This document shows positions 22,401 to 31,308 of a stretch of DNA of 64,000 bases, one piece after another. The number at the start of each line of letters is the position of its first letter. Position 1 is the first letter of the stretch. Below the pieces are notes generated by a model that had not been told where the DNA came from, searched no databases, and saw nothing but the letters and a program-made list of their open reading frames with translations. Source of the stretch: an uncultured bacterium (lineage in GTDB: Bacteria > Verrucomicrobiota > Verrucomicrobiia > Limisphaerales > UBA8199); the NCBI GenBank assembly GCA_963749495.1, contig CAVVMW010000030.1, positions 179,782-243,781 on the forward strand, given 5' to 3'. The position numbers were made by a program, and so were the translations under genes.

Positions 22401-23122
22401 TCTTCCAGTTCCAAATCACCAATGCCGTCGAGGGCGTCCTCTTCGAACTCTACAACCTCTCGGGCAACGCCAACCTCGTCCTCCAGCGCGACGTGCCGCC
22501 CGTTCAGGCCCCGTACTTCGCCGGCAGCTTCCGCCAGGGGACCGACCCCGAGCAGATCGTCGTGCGCACTTCCAACGCCTTGAGCGACCTCAGCGGCAAT
22601 TGGTACCTCGGCATCTACAACAACGAGTTGACCACTAATGTCGCCTACGCCATCCGGGCCACGCTGCCAGTCGGCGGCGTCCTGCCCAGCGCCCTGCCGC
22701 TGGTCGTCACCAACCAGGCCCTCAACTCGAACCTCCTCCTCCTGTCATGGAACTCGATCATCGGCGAATACTACACGGTGAGCCTCACCGACTATTTCTT
22801 CATCACCAACACCGTCGGCAATGTCGTCGCCACAACGCCCGTCACCACCTGGCTCGGGCCCATGCCCCCCAGCGGCGACTCCTATATCGTCGTCAATGTT
22901 CCTGCGCCGCCCCAGCTCCGCCCCAAACTCACCGTCAAGCTCTGGCACAACCAGGTCCGCATCTCCTGGCCCACCTCCTTTACGGGCTTTACCCTCCAAT
23001 CCTCAACGGCCCCGCCGGCCTGGGTCAACGTCCCCCTCACCGTCGTCGTCGAAGGCAACGAATTCGTCGTCTATGACACCGTGAGCCCTCGAACCACCAA
23101 GTACTATCGGTTGATCAAGTGA
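13439..23122 (+). CDS. Giant secreted/anchored S8 subtilisin-like protease with P-domain-like, LamG-like and L-lectin-like modules (3227 aa)
   Basis: N-terminal hydrophobic segment; triad motifs LEDSGVD, HGTHVAGII and SGSSMGAA; PATAKNVITVGA; FKPDVVAPG; DLAISLISPNGT; FTIEGWI..WQHVALTY; LQLTPA..NGAAW. Confidence 0.88.
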   Translation: MRRRPIFWFTISLLCFVGAYSFWRLGDQWEARKAAGRAAATNQPQPAASAPKPSSQAGPGPMRLLARASEAGALSPTNLAPKARIGYRLSNTTQPLRQLLRNPKAILLENALLDTAQSTDLPIPPSLRAQGKPGAYLVQARQPVDAAFRALLQQAGASIVSYIPNNAYLVRASEAAADALRAAPQTQSVLAYEPYYKLKPWLLKAALEQMPLPEGSTLRLLLFGGARAATLEQLQGLGVQVLGEEPTPFGPLVRVRPPADWRAGPPPAQPGAGQVLVAALAQLAGVQEVELGQQRVSANDLSRATLGVAANSVTPTNYLGLTGTNVLVALEDSGVDATHPDLVNRVFGDSTNSLVDSAGHGTHVAGIIAGDGTEFATVTNASGSLVTTNGTGYPSQFRGKAPGARLYSMSGGTDFHLQQAAALTNAFISNNSWTYGNNEYDIYAASYDAAVRNALPGTPGSHPALYVFATGNGGMANEYDDGSNDNGVGGAADTILSPATAKNVITVGAIEQLRQITNQVATCTPDPASTNGVDCTTNQPWLTSTDSGDITNGFQVAWSSGRGPVGIFIEGDTGRFKPDVVAPGTFVLSTRSAQWDQAAYYNPTSTIPNLFTGASLGTSNLWYNEVFVRADAVQLTVTLVPNAGSPVPFPNLPIFVRQVDFPTNTSYDFVATNQFSMPPDHPLNPVDATWYYGVGNTTTQSFTFDVLTVVTVTNEHGNFMQVLKQMNDSLGTGPSGPYYRYESGSSMGAADVSGMLALMQEFFEQRVGRTNSPALMKALLINGSRSLGTPYDFGTTNQPNFQGWGMPNLPATLQTDLTNRNAASSSMFLFDQDPTNALFTGQSATRFITISTNAQNPSTSLHVTLVWTDPPGNPVAGIKLVNDLDLIVTNLDTGDIFFGNDIQTGNTANLPWDTNSAPNLDMVNNVENVYLGAPLGTNYSITVVGRRVNVNAVSANTNNVVQDYALVISCGNGDLTGTLTLSNALLTVSAGVPNVTPVGNMFTNTSPDQPTPEFSGGILLHQHVGANTPLLGTNAINYPLEGNAVITLGMTNQWHFYMITNDNGFTNAAFLTFMPWTLTLPRMGVTNVFNPTNATRPEADIDLYVSRDSDLTNLSTTAVSNAWKSVGPGGDETIILTNAATGVYYAGVKSEDQWAAEYGFLGVFSLNPLSSGQNGNQLLRGFPVPAPIPDGSTEHPASVTIFAVSPAPIRLHRVIVLNTLSHELVGDLLGTFTHGADFVVLNNHATNLMVANWINIYDDSDQHDTQNIEGIFAPITAQFPPPLGPSPPPPRHTDGPGSLMNFAGKSGSGQWQLTQVDNAEGHTGTNGPLFIYLEKQQDLLGGFFVTLAPGACDNEYVDVPANATNLTVTATVVSNTGPINVSMQLCPLGSATGCKSTVITNQFPTALSIDLFDQPPLKAGTYYVRLCNNGAGNITLYVKAAIEMNRGAIAVSVPDSVGPVPIQDDAVTYATLNVTNHALISDLDIGLLINDPRVSDLAISLISPNGTRILLFQNRSGTATNGLGTFDSGANPFGLPFFAYTNMAPFWTNNFDTVPIGPYGPGTTFDGWTVLSNEVNIVPDYSIPWLQNNMLVLGDGVVSNSLPTTNSSTYHLSFRATHAPYIVGMVTWWPFDGDARDIFGGLDGLLFGNVVFSNNCEVTQAFYDHSQAYFGDGIATKVLVPASPDLNLQHKPSFTIEGWINPASVTNQAPLTEWFDPTNPSPLGVQFWLGNLSTTQPRPGALSAAFWDANSPANYYVATRPQAITNAGWQHVALTYNASNQLAGLYVNGLLRRSQTLPAGAVPRTKGDFYLGFDPPPSTFAYRDFSSPTGLVLLGGATVVSNALQLTPAAPNTNGAAWYSQKLLCSNGFSTAFTFQFTGQDSQPQESNNGLCFVFQNTGTNALSSPPVYDSLQMDSNAVAVIFESESSRNLAGQRNSVSHVWLQVGTVPRMGGDLGPSFPVTTNLCDGLVHLGQVEYDGRTVTILLDNYPVLSEQLPQQQTPGGPVPYGMDSSGQSWVGFEASSSGTWQGTHDILSWSFNANGANPGLSFAGGLDEFSLYSRALLPQEILAICNASTRGKYGTNALTTPVGLQVSLATGPGAGTVSTYTFTNGLDWAGGPSWETNAIDFTNVLQFAYTNGPATNLTPIVLTPLDPNVTVDDFVLSALTTNVLDGLMHFTDNTNLAVTPIKFAPWPYTLSNSPPALVSSNSFVLSTGGLYTAGSTIAGGTAGTNIGVRDWTVTQGSVTVQSNAMVDPMHTNFLVLATGAVQSALPTIPGHRYQLSYTLRGPGAVGWWNGALNPMDGRAQDLIGGNDGALINGAQALADPASSFVGGQTLFFPGIITNGVAGNPWLASTLELGDPQNLRLTNSFTIEGWVKPLSQTNGFLNGLPPESFVEQIFFRGDSRDCLDPYYLGLERVDNAGTTTEDYDIIFHIEDALRGDCGVILETGDQPIKADNWFHIAAVFECNYHWTDNAPWPTNMLRLYVNGQYYTNVYLEDPSGQNKILTSFTGRSPFRDLDPAYSPGAAIGNASRSDYSQPFRGFIDELSVYGRALADNEVKAIFDAGSNGKADPLAAPAQGLAQLSISLDDVKMDTANGDNAQWTTPSFLFAAYHTNTVLTVQGLLPGTLLDGVTLTEVPSELTYLPEDSLDPLLGTDAFGTWKLEIWDTRAGPNSATNLAQLVTWRLDFTLLPSNPPPVIELSHGIPYANTLAAYGAQSLIVNVPAWATNATNVLLSALDRSGNALPMGVLYDTNSFPTTAANFIFWPPVNAPATNVLSTNAASAPLLVPGRPYFLTVTNPNPVPVEYAYGVWFDIVTLTNCQLATNCVVGPAGVPRYFQFDVTGVPGDPPQSALFWLSAANSNLTVVLSEHLPLPNLAHYDYISQRPGTNQQIVMVVTAQVTNLTDIIVTNSTPFPVQISRWYVGVFNTTETNVSFSAEACADNETPGEIEYPELIPLTSGVAYSAGFIHNTNHLAAPGPPRAFFFQFQITNAVEGVLFELYNLSGNANLVLQRDVPPVQAPYFAGSFRQGTDPEQIVVRTSNALSDLSGNWYLGIYNNELTTNVAYAIRATLPVGGVLPSALPLVVTNQALNSNLLLLSWNSIIGEYYTVSLTDYFFITNTVGNVVATTPVTTWLGPMPPSGDSYIVVNVPAPPQLRPKLTVKLWHNQVRISWPTSFTGFTLQSSTAPPAWVNVPLTVVVEGNEFVVYDTVSPRTTKYYRLIK

Positions 23123-23160
23123 CCGTTGCGCAGGAGCGAGGAAGCCAGGACCGGATCTCC

Positions 23161-23553
23161 GGCCCAAAGGGCCGGCAGAGCCCAGCCCAGGGCTGAGGCC
23201 GCCAGGCCGATGCCCTGGGAACATGCCCCCGGAAGATTACGTGCGCCCTGAAAGAATTCCCCGAACCATTTCTCGCTTTGCGCCCCGAACCCCAACCGTG
23301 CGTCCCCGTCCCGCGCAGCGTTTTGGACTGCGGCAGTCCTCTGCCGCTTTTGTGTCCCCTGGGTCTGGGTCCAAAAAGCGCCAGAGGACTGGCGCAGTCC
23401 AAAACCTTCGGGCTCGGCGTTCCGCTCCTGGGGCGGGCGCCGGGGGCGCTCTGGCGCCCCTTCAGGGCGCGCGGTCCACGATTGCGGCGAAACCCCCAGG
23501 GCATCGGCCTGACGGCCTCAGCCCTGGGCTAGGCTCTGGCGGCCCTTTGGGCC
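23161..23553. repeat. Nested REP-like palindromic elements
   Basis: Outer arms GGCCCAAAGGGCC..CCCAGGGCTGAGGCCG / CGGCCTCAGCCCTGGG..GGCCCTTTGGGCC enclose an inner TTTTGGACTGCG..CGCAGTCCAAAA element. Confidence 0.75.
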
Positions 23554-23627
23554 GCAAGATAGAGCACGCAAGGGAGCCCGTTGAGGCGCAAGATGGAGCA
23601 CGGAAGGCGGCCCAGCCTCACCTTAAT

Positions 23628-23727
23628 CGTCCCTCGCCCCTCGTCCCTCGCCCCTCGTCCCTCGTCCCTCGTCCCTCGCCCCTCGTCCCTCGTCCCTCGT
23701 CCCTCGCCCCTCGTCCCTCGTCCCTCG
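23628..23727. repeat. Heptamer microsatellite (CCCTCGY)n
   Basis: About 14 tandem copies. Confidence 0.9.
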
Positions 23728-23738
23728 CGGACCGCGGT

Positions 23739-25469
23739 CTAATCCAGTTGGATTCTCTTCACCCTCATGTTCCGGTAGGCCACGGGGCCGTGGTCGCCTT
23801 GGAGCATGATGGGGCCGGTGGGCTTTTCGTCGTCCCAGTGCGCGGCGCGGGTCGGGCCGGTCAACTCAATCTCCTGGTGAATGACCTGGCCGTTATGGGA
23901 GACGCGCACGACTTTGGCGTTGGCGGCCTTGTTGCCGGCAGCGTCAAAGCGCGGTGCGCGGAACACGATGTCGAATGACTGCCACTGGCCGGCGGGCCTG
24001 CTGGCGTTGATGCGCGGGGAGTGGCCGCCGACATTTCGTTCGTTGATCCATCGCGGGTAGATGCCCCCGCATTCGATGCCCGGGTAGGCGTCCTTTTCCA
24101 CGCCGAAACTGTCGTACACCTGGATCTCATAGCGGCCCTCGAGATAGACGCCGGAGTTCGAATGCCTGGGGATGCAAAACTCCACGTGCAACTCGATGTC
24201 GCCAAATTCCGCTTCCGTCATCAGGTCAACGGTGCGGCCTTTGGCGCCGTTGACCATCACGCCCTGGCCCGGGGCGATTACAAAGGCCTCCGGGTTCTCG
24301 CGGTCGAGGGAAACCGCCTCCGCGGCCAGCCATTCGCCTCGGGGTTGGCGCCAGCCGGTCAGGTCCTCGCCATTGAACAGGCATTCGCTTTGGATGACCG
24401 CCTTGATGTAAGCGACCTCCTCAGGCCGGTAGGGCGTGCCATCGCGCCGGAAAATATCGTGGAACCACAGCGAGGGCTCGCCGTCATATTCTTTGGTCCA
24501 GGAGTCCCAGGGATAGATGGTCTGGCTCTTGCCCTCGACCAGTCCCCAGTTGTAGGCGGCCACGCCTTGGGATTTGAGGTAGCCCAGGTTGGGATCGAAA
24601 AAGCTGCCGTTGCCGCGGGACATGTATTCGGTGCAGAGCAGGGGCCGGCGGTAACGCCTGAGGTTGCGGACGGCCTCCTTGAGGCTGGCGAGGTCGTTGT
24701 AGTTATGGAAGCTGATGACGTCGGATTCAGACAATTGGACCTGTTCGGTGGGGCTGAGCTTCTCCGGGTCGGGCCAGGTGCCGATCCAAACGCCGGAGGT
24801 CAGGGGCTGGGACGGTTTGGCCTCCCGCGCCCAGGCGAAGGCCAGCTTGAGCAGCGGCAGCACGAGGTCCACCTTGTTCGGGGGTTCCTTTTCGACATAG
24901 GCCGGGCGGTTCATGTTGTCAGGCTCGTTCCAAATATCCCACGCGTGTACGCGCCGATCCTGGCGGAAGCGGCCGACGACGCCCAGGACATACCCCTTGA
25001 GGGCGGGCTGTTTGGCTGGGTCGAGCAGGACCTCGGCGCCGGGGCATTGCACCCAGCCCGAGTTGTGGACATGCGGTCTGGGAGGGCGTTGAGCGCCGGG
25101 CCTGGGAAACGGATCCCAGCAGGAATCGAAGAGCACGAAGACCGCGCCGATGCCGTGCTTGTGCGCCACCTCGAGGAACTGGTCCAAGCGCTTGAGGAAG
25201 CCCTGGGAATCCTGTTTCCAGAGCAGGTCCTGCAAATACACGCGGATCGAATTGAAACCGAGGGACTGTGCCCAGCCCAGCTCCCGATCAATGGTTGTCA
25301 GGTCGAACGTATCGGCCTGGAACATCTCCAACTGGTTGATCGCTGTGCTCGGCAGGAAATCGCACCCGGCCAGCCAGCCGATCTTCTGGCCCCAGGCCCG
25401 GGCCTGGTCCTCGGACCAGCGGGGGGAGGCCTCGGCGCCGGCCCAGACGGTCGTGAAGACGGCCAGCAT
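23739..25469 (-). CDS. Clan GH-A glycoside hydrolase (GH5-like) fused to a C-terminal DUF1080/3-keto-disaccharide hydrolase-like domain
   Basis: WDIWNEP (acid/base) and LCTEY (nucleophile); C-terminal LFNGEDLTGW, NSGVY, YEIQV and IMLQGDHG.VAYRN; true start may lie slightly upstream. Confidence 0.8.
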   Translation of the reverse strand: MLAVFTTVWAGAEASPRWSEDQARAWGQKIGWLAGCDFLPSTAINQLEMFQADTFDLTTIDRELGWAQSLGFNSIRVYLQDLLWKQDSQGFLKRLDQFLEVAHKHGIGAVFVLFDSCWDPFPRPGAQRPPRPHVHNSGWVQCPGAEVLLDPAKQPALKGYVLGVVGRFRQDRRVHAWDIWNEPDNMNRPAYVEKEPPNKVDLVLPLLKLAFAWAREAKPSQPLTSGVWIGTWPDPEKLSPTEQVQLSESDVISFHNYNDLASLKEAVRNLRRYRRPLLCTEYMSRGNGSFFDPNLGYLKSQGVAAYNWGLVEGKSQTIYPWDSWTKEYDGEPSLWFHDIFRRDGTPYRPEEVAYIKAVIQSECLFNGEDLTGWRQPRGEWLAAEAVSLDRENPEAFVIAPGQGVMVNGAKGRTVDLMTEAEFGDIELHVEFCIPRHSNSGVYLEGRYEIQVYDSFGVEKDAYPGIECGGIYPRWINERNVGGHSPRINASRPAGQWQSFDIVFRAPRFDAAGNKAANAKVVRVSHNGQVIHQEIELTGPTRAAHWDDEKPTGPIMLQGDHGPVAYRNMRVKRIQLD

Positions 25470-25709
25470 CAGGCCAGGCGCACAGGGACCTTCTCAATGG
25501 GTGAGCGATGCGGTTCATCATGGCGGGCGTTTTCATGAGCATTTTGCTCCAGGGATTCAACCGGAATTCTTCAGGCGCGACAAGGATGATTGATTCTAGA
25601 GTCCTTGAATTTGCAAACATGATGCAGACAGGTCAAGTTTGTGGTACGGGCATCCTGCCCGTGGTGGCTTGGGCAAGATGCCCAAGCCACGGTCTGAGGC
25701 CCTGCCTCG

Positions 25710-26838
25710 CTAGGGGTGTTTTTCGGCAAAGCCCTTGGCGAAGTCGTTGAAGAAGGCGACCAGGCGCGGAGAGAACGTGTCCAAGGTCGAGTAGCGGTCC
25801 CGGTGCGCTTCGTATTCGTTGGCGAGCAGGCTCGACAGTTCTTCCATCCACAGGAAGCCGCGTTGTTTCTGGGAGGCAATCGCGCGCTGTCCGGCGGCGG
25901 GGCCGTCATAGCGGAAGGTGTAGCGGACCTCGCAGGCGCGAACCAGGGACTCACGGAGCATGGTCTGGCCGTCGCCGTAGGCCTGGGAGCGCATTCTGCC
26001 GGAGACCTGGCGGAAAAGTGGGTCGGCGGCGGGTTGGAGCTCGGTCTGGTGGCGGTCGATGATCGGGTTGGCGTAAGAGTGCGCGAATTCGTGGACGACG
26101 GTCTGGAGCATGTCATGGGTAAACTGCGGGAGTCCGTCCGGGTCGGTTTTCCAGACGCCGAGGATGCAGTAGAGGCTCTCGCTGCCGGAGGATTGGCGGC
26201 AGTGCGAGCCATAGCAGCAGCCGCCGTTGAGGAGGGCCGGGGCGAGGGTAAAGGCGGCCTGGGGCCGTTCGCCGAAGTAGTCCTTGAACCACTCGAGGTG
26301 CGCCTCTTTTTCCATGAGCGTTCTCATCCGGGACTCGGTGGTTTCATAGAGCGAGCGGTGGCGCTCCAGGAAGTCGAGGAAGGCCGTGTCCTTCACGAAC
26401 TGCCGGGCGGCTTTGAGGAACCGGGGCACGTCGGCGACGGGCCAACGTTGGTCCAGGCCCTCCGGCCATGGCTGGAGCGGAACCAGAAGCGTCAAGTCCC
26501 TGGCGTTGCTCAAGTGGACGGCCATGCTCATGCAGGCGTCGTAGGAGACGCCGCGGCTCTGACGCAACTCCCGGGCGAGCTTCACCGCCTGGTGCTCGCG
26601 GAACTGGCCAAACTGCTGCTCCACGTCGGCCGTGTAGGACTCGACTCTGCCCTGGCTGTACCTCGGGGTTGCCCGCGAGCCGGAACAGAATCGAGAACAA
26701 TTCGACCCGTGGGTCCACGTTGACGCGCAACGAAGGAGGAGTTCGCGGCGCCGCGGAACCGGTTGGCTGCGCGACTGCCGGGCCTGCCGCTGCAAACACA
26801 AACACCCCCGCCAACAAAATGCCTAATCTGAGTTTCAT
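25710..26838 (-). CDS. Secreted DUF4932-like protein with an HExxH motif, frameshifted near 26660
   Basis: Signal peptide MKLRLGILLAG; VDPRVELFSILFRLAG; VVHEFAHSYANP; ESLVRA. Confidence 0.65.
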
Positions 26839-26963
26839 AGACAGTGTGTCCTGAGCGATCCGGGCAACGGCCCGCTCTTAGTCAGACAGTCCCAGGGCCG
26901 GGAGGTCACGCCCCGGCCGTCGAACGGGTGCGATTAAGAGTGTCGGGCAGCTCATGGCGCTTC

Positions 26964-27157
26964 TTTGCCCCGAAGGGGCTTCTGAGAATAGCCCGGCGTT
27001 TCAACGCCGGGTGAGCGAGGAGAAAGAGTCGGTCCGTCCCGAAGGGACGGCTGAGAGGAAGGAGTTTTCTCAGTCGTCCCTTCGGGACGAGAATCCCTTT
27101 TCTCGCCTCCCCGGCGTTGAAACGCCGGGCTATTGTCAATTGTCCCTCCGGGACAAA
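26964..27157. repeat. REP-like palindromic element (CCCGAAGGG family)
   Basis: AATAGCCCGGCGTTTCAACGCCGGG inverted arms; similar to 39494-39679. Confidence 0.75.
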
Positions 27158-27522
27158 ACTCCCGCGGCGCATGCCCGACGCTTTTAGTCGCACCCCCGTC
27201 GAATGGCGATTGCGGCGCGAAAGCAAGATGCCTATGCTGGGTTTATGAACTCAAAGTCAGAAGTCCCCTCGATTCCGTCAGGTAGCCCGATGACCTGGGA
27301 GGATTGGCTGCGCGGGCGGCGCGCCCGCCGGCAGACCAGCAGACAGGTCGTGCCAGCTATTGCGCGCCGGAGCGCCAGCTCCAGCGACGGGCGCCTGCGC
27401 CGGCTCTTTGGCGGGCAGCGCGGACTGCCGTTTCAACCGACCGACAACGTCTGAGCGGCGCTTATCGGTCGAGCTCGCCTTCAATTTCCCCCAGGCTCAG
27501 CGCAATCACCTGCGCAGCGCGT

Positions 27523-27730
27523 GCGTCGCGGAGCAACGCCCTGAAGGTAGCCGTGGACCTCGGTCCACGGTTTGGGGCGTCGGATTGTTCGCGCGTCGCG
27601 CAGCGACGCCTGAGGTCCTCGCGCTGGCAGATCGAGCCAGGTTTCAAGCGTCGCTACGCGACGCGGGTGAGCTTGGGCGATCGGTCCGTGAACTGGAAGT
27701 CCACGGCTACCATCAGACACCGCTACGCGG
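27523..27730. repeat. REP-like palindromic element (GCGTCGCG family)
   Basis: GGTAGCCGTGGAC / GTCCACGGCTACC arms and internal CGCGTCGCG..CGCGACGCG. Confidence 0.7.
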
Positions 27731-27741
27731 TGTTCCGCCCT

Positions 27742-30253
27742 TCACGGCTGGAATAAATCCCTCTGGACGCGCGGGTCTTCCTTTGCGGCCGGGTTGATAA
27801 GGACTGCGGGCTGGGCCTCCAGGGCCTGGGCCAGGTCCGCAACGTCGTCCTGCGCGTTGCGCCGCCAGAACCAGGTCGAATTGAAACTCCATGATGCCGT
27901 GCTCGTCGGCGGCGAAGTTGGTGTACCAGAAATTGTTGAAGAGCATGGCCAGCAGGCGGTGGGGGTCCTTGGGCGGGGTCTGGCTCAAGGCCAGCGTGGG
28001 CGAATTGCCGAGCGCGATCAGCGGCGCGTCGCGGCTGACCCAAAGCCAATGGCCCTCCGGGGTCGCATAGTCGGCCCAGCCGTCGATGGCGAAATAGTCG
28101 CGGCAAGTGCCCGGCAACTGGTCGGTGAACGGGGTGAACGGCTGGCCGCCGTTGCTCAGCCGGGGCAGGGCCTGCCCGGTCGGCAGCGGAAAGGCGGCAT
28201 AATAAACCTCCGGCGCCGCCGAGGAGAGCCGGTTGAGCCGCAGCGTGAGGCGGGCTCGAGGCTCGCGCTTCCATAATTCGACCACGCGCGTGGCCCACTG
28301 GAGCCGCGGGTGCCGAATGGCCTGGGTGAAGAGGAAGGTGTGGGGCGTCTCCTGGACGGCGGCCTGCTCCTGCGGGGTGGCGCCGGTCTCGTCGAGTTTT
28401 TCCCGGCGCAGGCTCTCCCGCTCGTCTCCGTGGCGGGCCCGAATGTCCGCCAGGGCGGCACGCGGCGCGAAACCCCTGACCTGAAGGGCCGTGAAATCGC
28501 CAAACCCTTCGAGGAACAGGGACTGCTTCATGCCGGGCCATAGCGCCGAGACCGGCCAACCCTGGGGGTCGGTCTTGATTTCCGGCGTTGTCCTGTTGGG
28601 CGGCTGCTCCGTCTCCACCGGCTCCTTGCTCAACTGCAGGCGGCGAACGGTTTCGCCGTCGAGTTTCTCCACCCAGAACCTGGCCACCTGGTTGGGGGCG
28701 CGATCCGGGAAGGTGGCGGAGACGTCTTCGCGGCTCAGGTCCTCGGGCTTTTGGGGCCAGCCCCAGGGCTGGAGGCCCGGCTCGAAATAGAGCTTCATGC
28801 GGGCGCCGGTTTGCGGGTCCTCCAGGCTCCGGTAGTCGTCGCGCAGGCAGGTGGCGATTAGGGACACCCAACCGCTGAAGGGGGCTTTGGCGGGATTGGC
28901 CAGGTAGAATCCTTCGGCCTGGCCGGCGAGCCGCGTGCGAGCGCGCTGAGAGAGCAGCCATTCGGCGCGCGCCATGGGCCGGTAAGCCAGGATGCTCTTC
29001 TCGGCAAACTGGGCCTGGGTGTCCAGGCTATATGGCTTGGCCACGCTGAGGCTGGAGCCCCACGTGTGCTCATCGAAAAGGCAAAGGTCGCGATACAGGG
29101 CGTCCATGGCCAGGAGCGCAGGGGCGTCCACCGGTCCCCAAAGCGGCGAGCCTGCGGCGGCCAGGAACCGCTTGGCGGCGCGGCTGGCAGCCACTTCGCG
29201 CGGTGCGCAGGCCGTGCCGTTGGCCCACCAATCGGTCCACTCGCCGCTGTATTCGGGCGCGGTGGGCCCCATGGTCTTTTCCATGCGCGCCATCACGTCG
29301 GACACGGTTGTCAGGCGCAGGCGCGGCTGGAGTTGCAGGCGGTTCCAGGCGGCGACGAACTGGGCCAGCGGCGGGAAGGGCGGGTCGTTGTCGTAACGCC
29401 ATTGGCTGGTGATGGAAAGGGCGAGCAGGTCATGCTTGTAGCCGGAGCGCTCGAGCTGGCGCAGCCGCTCCAGGCAGAACTTGTGCGCGGCGCGCACCGC
29501 GGCCTCGTCGCTCCGCAGGATGTCCCCCGCGCGCGGAGGCCGGTAGGTCATATCCGCAGCGCGCGGGACCGGCCCCCGGCGCCACTCGCCGGGCTCGAAG
29601 AACCCAAAACCCGAGCCGTAGCCCAGGCTCAGCCAGACAAAGAGCCGGCGGCCGTCGGGCATTTTCCACCAAAAAACCGAGGGCCGCTGGAACGGCGCGC
29701 CGCCGCTGTCTTCATTGATGCCCGAGCAGAGGTGCCGCACACCACGGTCCAGCAACGCCAGCGCGGCGGCCCGGGGCACCCCGTTGACATCGTCCTGGAG
29801 GGCCGCCGCGGGGCGGACCTCCCGCCACAACTCCTCCGGCAGCCAGTGGACCATCGTCCGCCATTGGGCGGCGTTCATGAACGGGGTGGCGTTGCAGCCC
29901 AGCGCGGTGACTTCCAGTTGACCGGCGCGAACCGCCTTGAGGAATTGCTCGCGCCGGGCGCGCGTGGCGGCCTGCCACCAGTCATTGACCGCGAGCGTGG
30001 ACTCCGCAGTCCAATAAAAGCGCTGCTCGGCCGGGCCCTTCATCGAGTCCAGGATGGCGTCCACGGCGATGTCCAGGTAGCGCCGGTACAACTCGCGGCA
30101 GACGCTCGGGCTATCGGTGAAGCCAACGTCCGTGTGCGAGAAGTGGACGAGATCGATTTCCTTGATGATGGGGTCTTGTCCAGGGGGCGCCTCGGCGGCG
30201 GCGGCCGCAAAAGCCGTGAGCGCGAGGAGCGAAACCAGTTTCTTGATGTGCAT
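27742..30253 (-). CDS. Secreted GH38/GH57-like glycoside hydrolase; 1-nt frameshift near 27870
   Basis: Signal peptide MHIKKLVSLLALTAFAAA; IDLVHFSHTDVGFTD; LFDEHTWG; LFNNFWYTNF. Confidence 0.65.
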
Positions 30254-30312
30254 GGCCAGTTTGGTTTCTTCGAGCGGGGGGAGCATGATGCCGATTGAAG
30301 AAACCGTCAACA

Positions 30313-30429
30313 CCCGGAGTGCGCCCGTCCCCGGGCGCAGCAGCGACGAAATGCGCAGGCGTGCCGGAGCGTGTGACCGCGGCCCTGGCTCGGGACGTTG
30401 CTGCGCCCGAGGACGGGCGCACTCCCGGG
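30313..30429. repeat. REP-like palindrome (GGAGTGCGCCCGTCC family)
   Basis: Inverted arms; second copy at 31135-31248. Confidence 0.8.
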
Positions 30430-30457
30430 CCATTCGTCATTCGTCATTCGTCGTTGG

Positions 30458-31051
30458 TCACTCCCGCAGCAACTGCTCGATCAGGCTGGTCATCCGGGCA
30501 TAGCCCCCGGCGGATGGGTACTCCAACTCGCCCTCCCAGCAGTAGCGGACGCGGCCCTGCTTATCGATGAGATAAATCGCCGGCCAATACCGCTGCTGCC
30601 AGCGGTCCCAATTGCGGCGGTCGGGGTCCAGGAGCACCGGGTAGTCAACGCGGAGTTCCTTGAGCTTTTTCGCCACGTTGGCCGGGTCGCGTTCGGAGTC
30701 GGTTTCCGGGGTGTGAATGCCGATGACTTCGAGGCCCTTGGGGGCGAAGCGCCGGCGCCAGGCCAGGTAATGGGGGAGGTTGTGTTTGCAGTTGATGCAA
30801 TCGAAGGTCCAGAAATGGAGGACCGTGACCTTGCCCTTGCGAGCGGCGAGCGAGAGGCTGCCCCCGTTGGTGAGGTTGAGCCAGGCCTTGCCGACCAATT
30901 CCGGGGCGGGGACGCTGTTGGCCCCGGCGGGAGCGGTCTGGGCTGGGGCGGCCAGTGCAAGGGCCGGCAGGGCCAGCCAGGGCAGGAACCTCAGGGCGGG
31001 GCGCCGCACGCAGAAGAAGAGAAACTGGCCCAAAGGATGAGTCCGGTTCAT
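30458..31051 (-). CDS. Exported redoxin/thioredoxin-fold protein (DipZ/TlpA-like)
   Basis: FWTFDCINC; VIGIHTPE; RYWPAIYLIDKQGRVRY. Confidence 0.85.
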   Translation of the reverse strand: MNRTHPLGQFLFFCVRRPALRFLPWLALPALALAAPAQTAPAGANSVPAPELVGKAWLNLTNGGSLSLAARKGKVTVLHFWTFDCINCKHNLPHYLAWRRRFAPKGLEVIGIHTPETDSERDPANVAKKLKELRVDYPVLLDPDRRNWDRWQQRYWPAIYLIDKQGRVRYCWEGELEYPSAGGYARMTSLIEQLLRE

Positions 31052-31134
31052 GGTGACGAACATACTCCGCGCAGCAGGCCCGTCAAGGTCCGGTGAAGGC
31101 CGAGGACCGAATCGGGCGCTTGCTGACACCGCCC

Positions 31135-31248
31135 CCGGAGTGCGCCCGTCCCCGGGCGCAGCAGCGACGGAGCGGGCAGGCGCGCTGGAGTGTTTGATCG
31201 CTGCCCCGGCTCCGGACGTCGCTGCGCCCGGGGACGGGCGCACTCCGG
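31135..31248. repeat. REP-like palindrome (GGAGTGCGCCCGTCC family), copy 2
   Basis: Near-identical arms to 30313-30429. Confidence 0.8.
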
Positions 31249-31308
31249 TCCGGCCCCCGGCAGTGGGGGCAGTGTCCGAAAGCGCCCGAGCGCATCTCGA
31301 CCGCACCC

